Shown piece by piece: positions 62,126 to 64,000 of a stretch of 64,000 nt of DNA. Within the stretch, counting starts at the first letter, position 1. Each line of letters starts with the position of its first letter. The stretch covers positions 305 to 64,304 of the forward strand of contig JACPGH010000005.1 of assembly GCA_016182485.1 (NCBI GenBank). Direction: 5' to 3'. Origin of the DNA: Candidatus Kaiserbacteria bacterium. GTDB lineage: Bacteria; Patescibacteriota; Minisyncoccia; Phycocordibacterales; Phycocordibacteraceae. The notes beneath the pieces were generated by a model. The model ran no database searches. It saw only the letters and a list, made by a program, of their open reading frames with translations, and was not told the origin of the DNA. Position numbers and translations under genes: made by a program.

Positions 62126-63697
62126 CTACTCGAACCCGAACAGGCCGCGGGGACGATATTGGAGAGCCTCGTGTACGAATGCGGGCGTAACCGATTCGGC
62201 GCCGGCGAGGTCTGCAATAGTCCGCGCGACCCGCATAGTGCGATGGAAACTGCGCGGAGAGAGGTTCAGGCGGGAGGCCGCGGCCATAAGGGTCTCTTTC
62301 GCGGCGGCGCTCATGCCGCTTTTCTCATCGAGCTCGCGGGAGGAAAGCGCGGCATTCGTCGCTCCCCGCTTGCCTGTGCGCGCTTCCGCCTTGCGCCGGG
62401 CCCTGACAACCCTCTCCCGCACTGACTGGGACGATTCCCCGCGGGAAAGCTGCGCGAGCGTGTCATGCGGCACGAGCGGCACTTCTATCCAGAGGTCGAG
62501 GCGATCGACTATCGGGCGAGAGATCCGGCGCGCCTGCTTGGCCGCCGCGCGCATCGCTACGCGCATGTCCTCGGAGAGCGTGCTGGCCGGATTCATCGCC
62601 GCCACTATCATGCAATCGGCCGGAAAAGTGATCGTCGCGCGAGCGCGCGAAACGGTCACCACCCGGTCTTCGAGAGGCTGGCGCAGCGCTTCGAGCGTGC
62701 GCGAATCGAATTCGGGGAACTCATCCAGGAAAAGGACGCCTTTGTGGGCGAGAGTGACCTCGCCCGCCTTCGGGAAAGCGCCGCCGCCCACGATAGCGAC
62801 GTGCGAGATGGAGTGGTGCGGCGCCCGGAAAGGCGGCCAGTGCACCGCCCCGCCATCTGGAAGCAGGCCGGCGGTCGAGTGAATAGCGGTCACTTCGAGC
62901 ATTTCATCATCGGAGAGGGGCGGCAGTATGCCGGCGAGCGCGCGAGCAAGCATGGTCTTCCCTGTGCCGGGCGGCCCGTAAAAGACGATATTGTGCCGGC
63001 CCGCGGCCGCGATCTCGAGCGCGCGCTTCGCGCTCTCCTGCCCTTTTATATCCGCTAGATCGAGCGCGGGCGGCGGCGTCGGCACGTTTCTCGCCCGCAC
63101 GAGCCGCGGGAGCCTCTTCTCCTCCGTAAAATGCTTGATCAGATCAGCGAGCGATTCGGGCGCATGCACGGTTACCCCTTCTGCGAGCAGGGCCTCGGGA
63201 GCATTCCCCGGCGGAACGAAAATTGTTCTTACGCCCTGCCGCTTGGCGGCGAGCACCTGCGGCAGAACGCCCCGCACGGCGCGCAGCATTCCGTCGAGCG
63301 AAAGCTCCCCTATATAGAGCGCCTCTTCTGGCGGCAGGACGATATCGCTTGCGGCGGCGAGATACGCGAGCGCGAGCGCGAGATCGTAGTGCGAGCCTTC
63401 TTTCTTCAGATCGGCGGGCGAGAGCGAGAGCACGATGCGCTTATTCTGCTGTTTGGGCGGCTTGTACCCGGAGTGCCGGATCGCCGCGCTTACCCGATCA
63501 CGCGCCTCCTCGACCGCCTTGTCCGCAAGCCCGACAACGGAGAATGCGTGGAGTCCGCGAGTGAGATCGGCTTCGACTGAAACGAGTTCCGCGGAGGAAC
63601 CGACCGGCTGCGCCGCGAGAGTTTTAGCGTATCCGCGCTTCGGAAGAGTTGCCTCTACTGTGCCGGGGCGTTTTTTCGATTTCGGCGCGGGAGGCAT
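62126..63697 (-). CDS. comM: YifB/ComM-family Mg-chelatase-like AAA+ ATPase
   Basis: Lon-like N-domain, Walker A GPPGTGKT, ChlI region, C-terminal Mg_chelatase_C. Confidence 0.9.
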   Translation of the reverse strand: MPPAPKSKKRPGTVEATLPKRGYAKTLAAQPVGSSAELVSVEADLTRGLHAFSVVGLADKAVEEARDRVSAAIRHSGYKPPKQQNKRIVLSLSPADLKKEGSHYDLALALAYLAAASDIVLPPEEALYIGELSLDGMLRAVRGVLPQVLAAKRQGVRTIFVPPGNAPEALLAEGVTVHAPESLADLIKHFTEEKRLPRLVRARNVPTPPPALDLADIKGQESAKRALEIAAAGRHNIVFYGPPGTGKTMLARALAGILPPLSDDEMLEVTAIHSTAGLLPDGGAVHWPPFRAPHHSISHVAIVGGGAFPKAGEVTLAHKGVLFLDEFPEFDSRTLEALRQPLEDRVVTVSRARATITFPADCMIVAAMNPASTLSEDMRVAMRAAAKQARRISRPIVDRLDLWIEVPLVPHDTLAQLSRGESSQSVRERVVRARRKAEARTGKRGATNAALSSRELDEKSGMSAAAKETLMAAASRLNLSPRSFHRTMRVARTIADLAGAESVTPAFVHEALQYRPRGLFGFE

Positions 63698-63703
63698 CGG
63701 CGG

Positions 63704-63961
63704 TCAGCGGTGCGCGATACAGGTCGTCGCGGCGGGATCCGCTTCGAGCCGCGCTTCCTCTATAGGCTTGCCGCATATTTCGCAGATGCCGTACGTCTCG
63801 GCCTCTATTCGGGAAAGAGCGGCAAGCACCATGTCATATCGGGCTTCCAGATCCGCGAGCACTGCCGCGTCATTCTCGCGGCTCGTGATTATATCGGCCT
63901 GATCGGCGGGATCCGACTCCGCCCCTCCCTCGGGCGGCACCGGCTCCCAGTCCCCGGGCAC
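63704..63961 (-). CDS. DksA/TraR-family C4 zinc-finger protein (start may lie beyond ORF-track M)
   Basis: CEICGKPI...(x17)...CIAHR 4-Cys pattern. Confidence 0.65.
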   Translation of the reverse strand: MPGDWEPVPPEGGAESDPADQADIITSRENDAAVLADLEARYDMVLAALSRIEAETYGICEICGKPIEEARLEADPAATTCIAHR

Positions 63962-64000
63962 GTTCTCGTTCTTCCTGCCTACCGTTGCTAGCGAGGATTC

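Overview
High-GC (~60%) bacterial window. Several hallmarks fit a Candidate Phyla Radiation/Patescibacteria-type reduced genome: a ribosomal-protein superoperon lacking rpmD (L30), N- or C-terminally extended r-proteins, membrane-anchored family-5 solute-binding protein, secreted nuclease, SemiSWEET, and many leaderless-looking starts. About 60% of the window (28-51 kb, minus strand) is the str/S10/spc ribosomal cluster (rpsL-rpsG-fusA-tuf-rpsJ-rplC...rplO-secY-adk-map-ndk). Other housekeeping genes are present: groES-groEL, infC-rpmI-rplT, secG, RNase J, nth, msrA, rsmA, uvrD/pcrA, comM/yifB, a MacAB/HlyD-like ABC exporter, a two-component pair, and tRNA-Ser(GCU). The conserved cluster is punctuated by non-ribosomal insertions. 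A RelE/ParE-like toxin-antitoxin cassette at the fusA 3' end is bracketed by 47-bp perfect direct repeats. Two paralogous small coiled-coil proteins are inserted between rplB/rpsS and tuf/fusA. A 2-gene insertion sits between rpsJ and rplC. A 4-gene operon of secreted and polytopic membrane proteins (one with VirB6/TrbL-like topology) lies upstream of rpsL. Two PaaX-like membrane-anchored wHTH paralogs share a 38-bp palindromic operator. Distinctive short-repeat architectures occur at gene junctions: 23-bp ATG-bearing tandem repeats, CTAG/ACTAGT all-frame-stop spacers, and (AAATGTTT)9. No CRISPR array, rRNA or integrase was seen.
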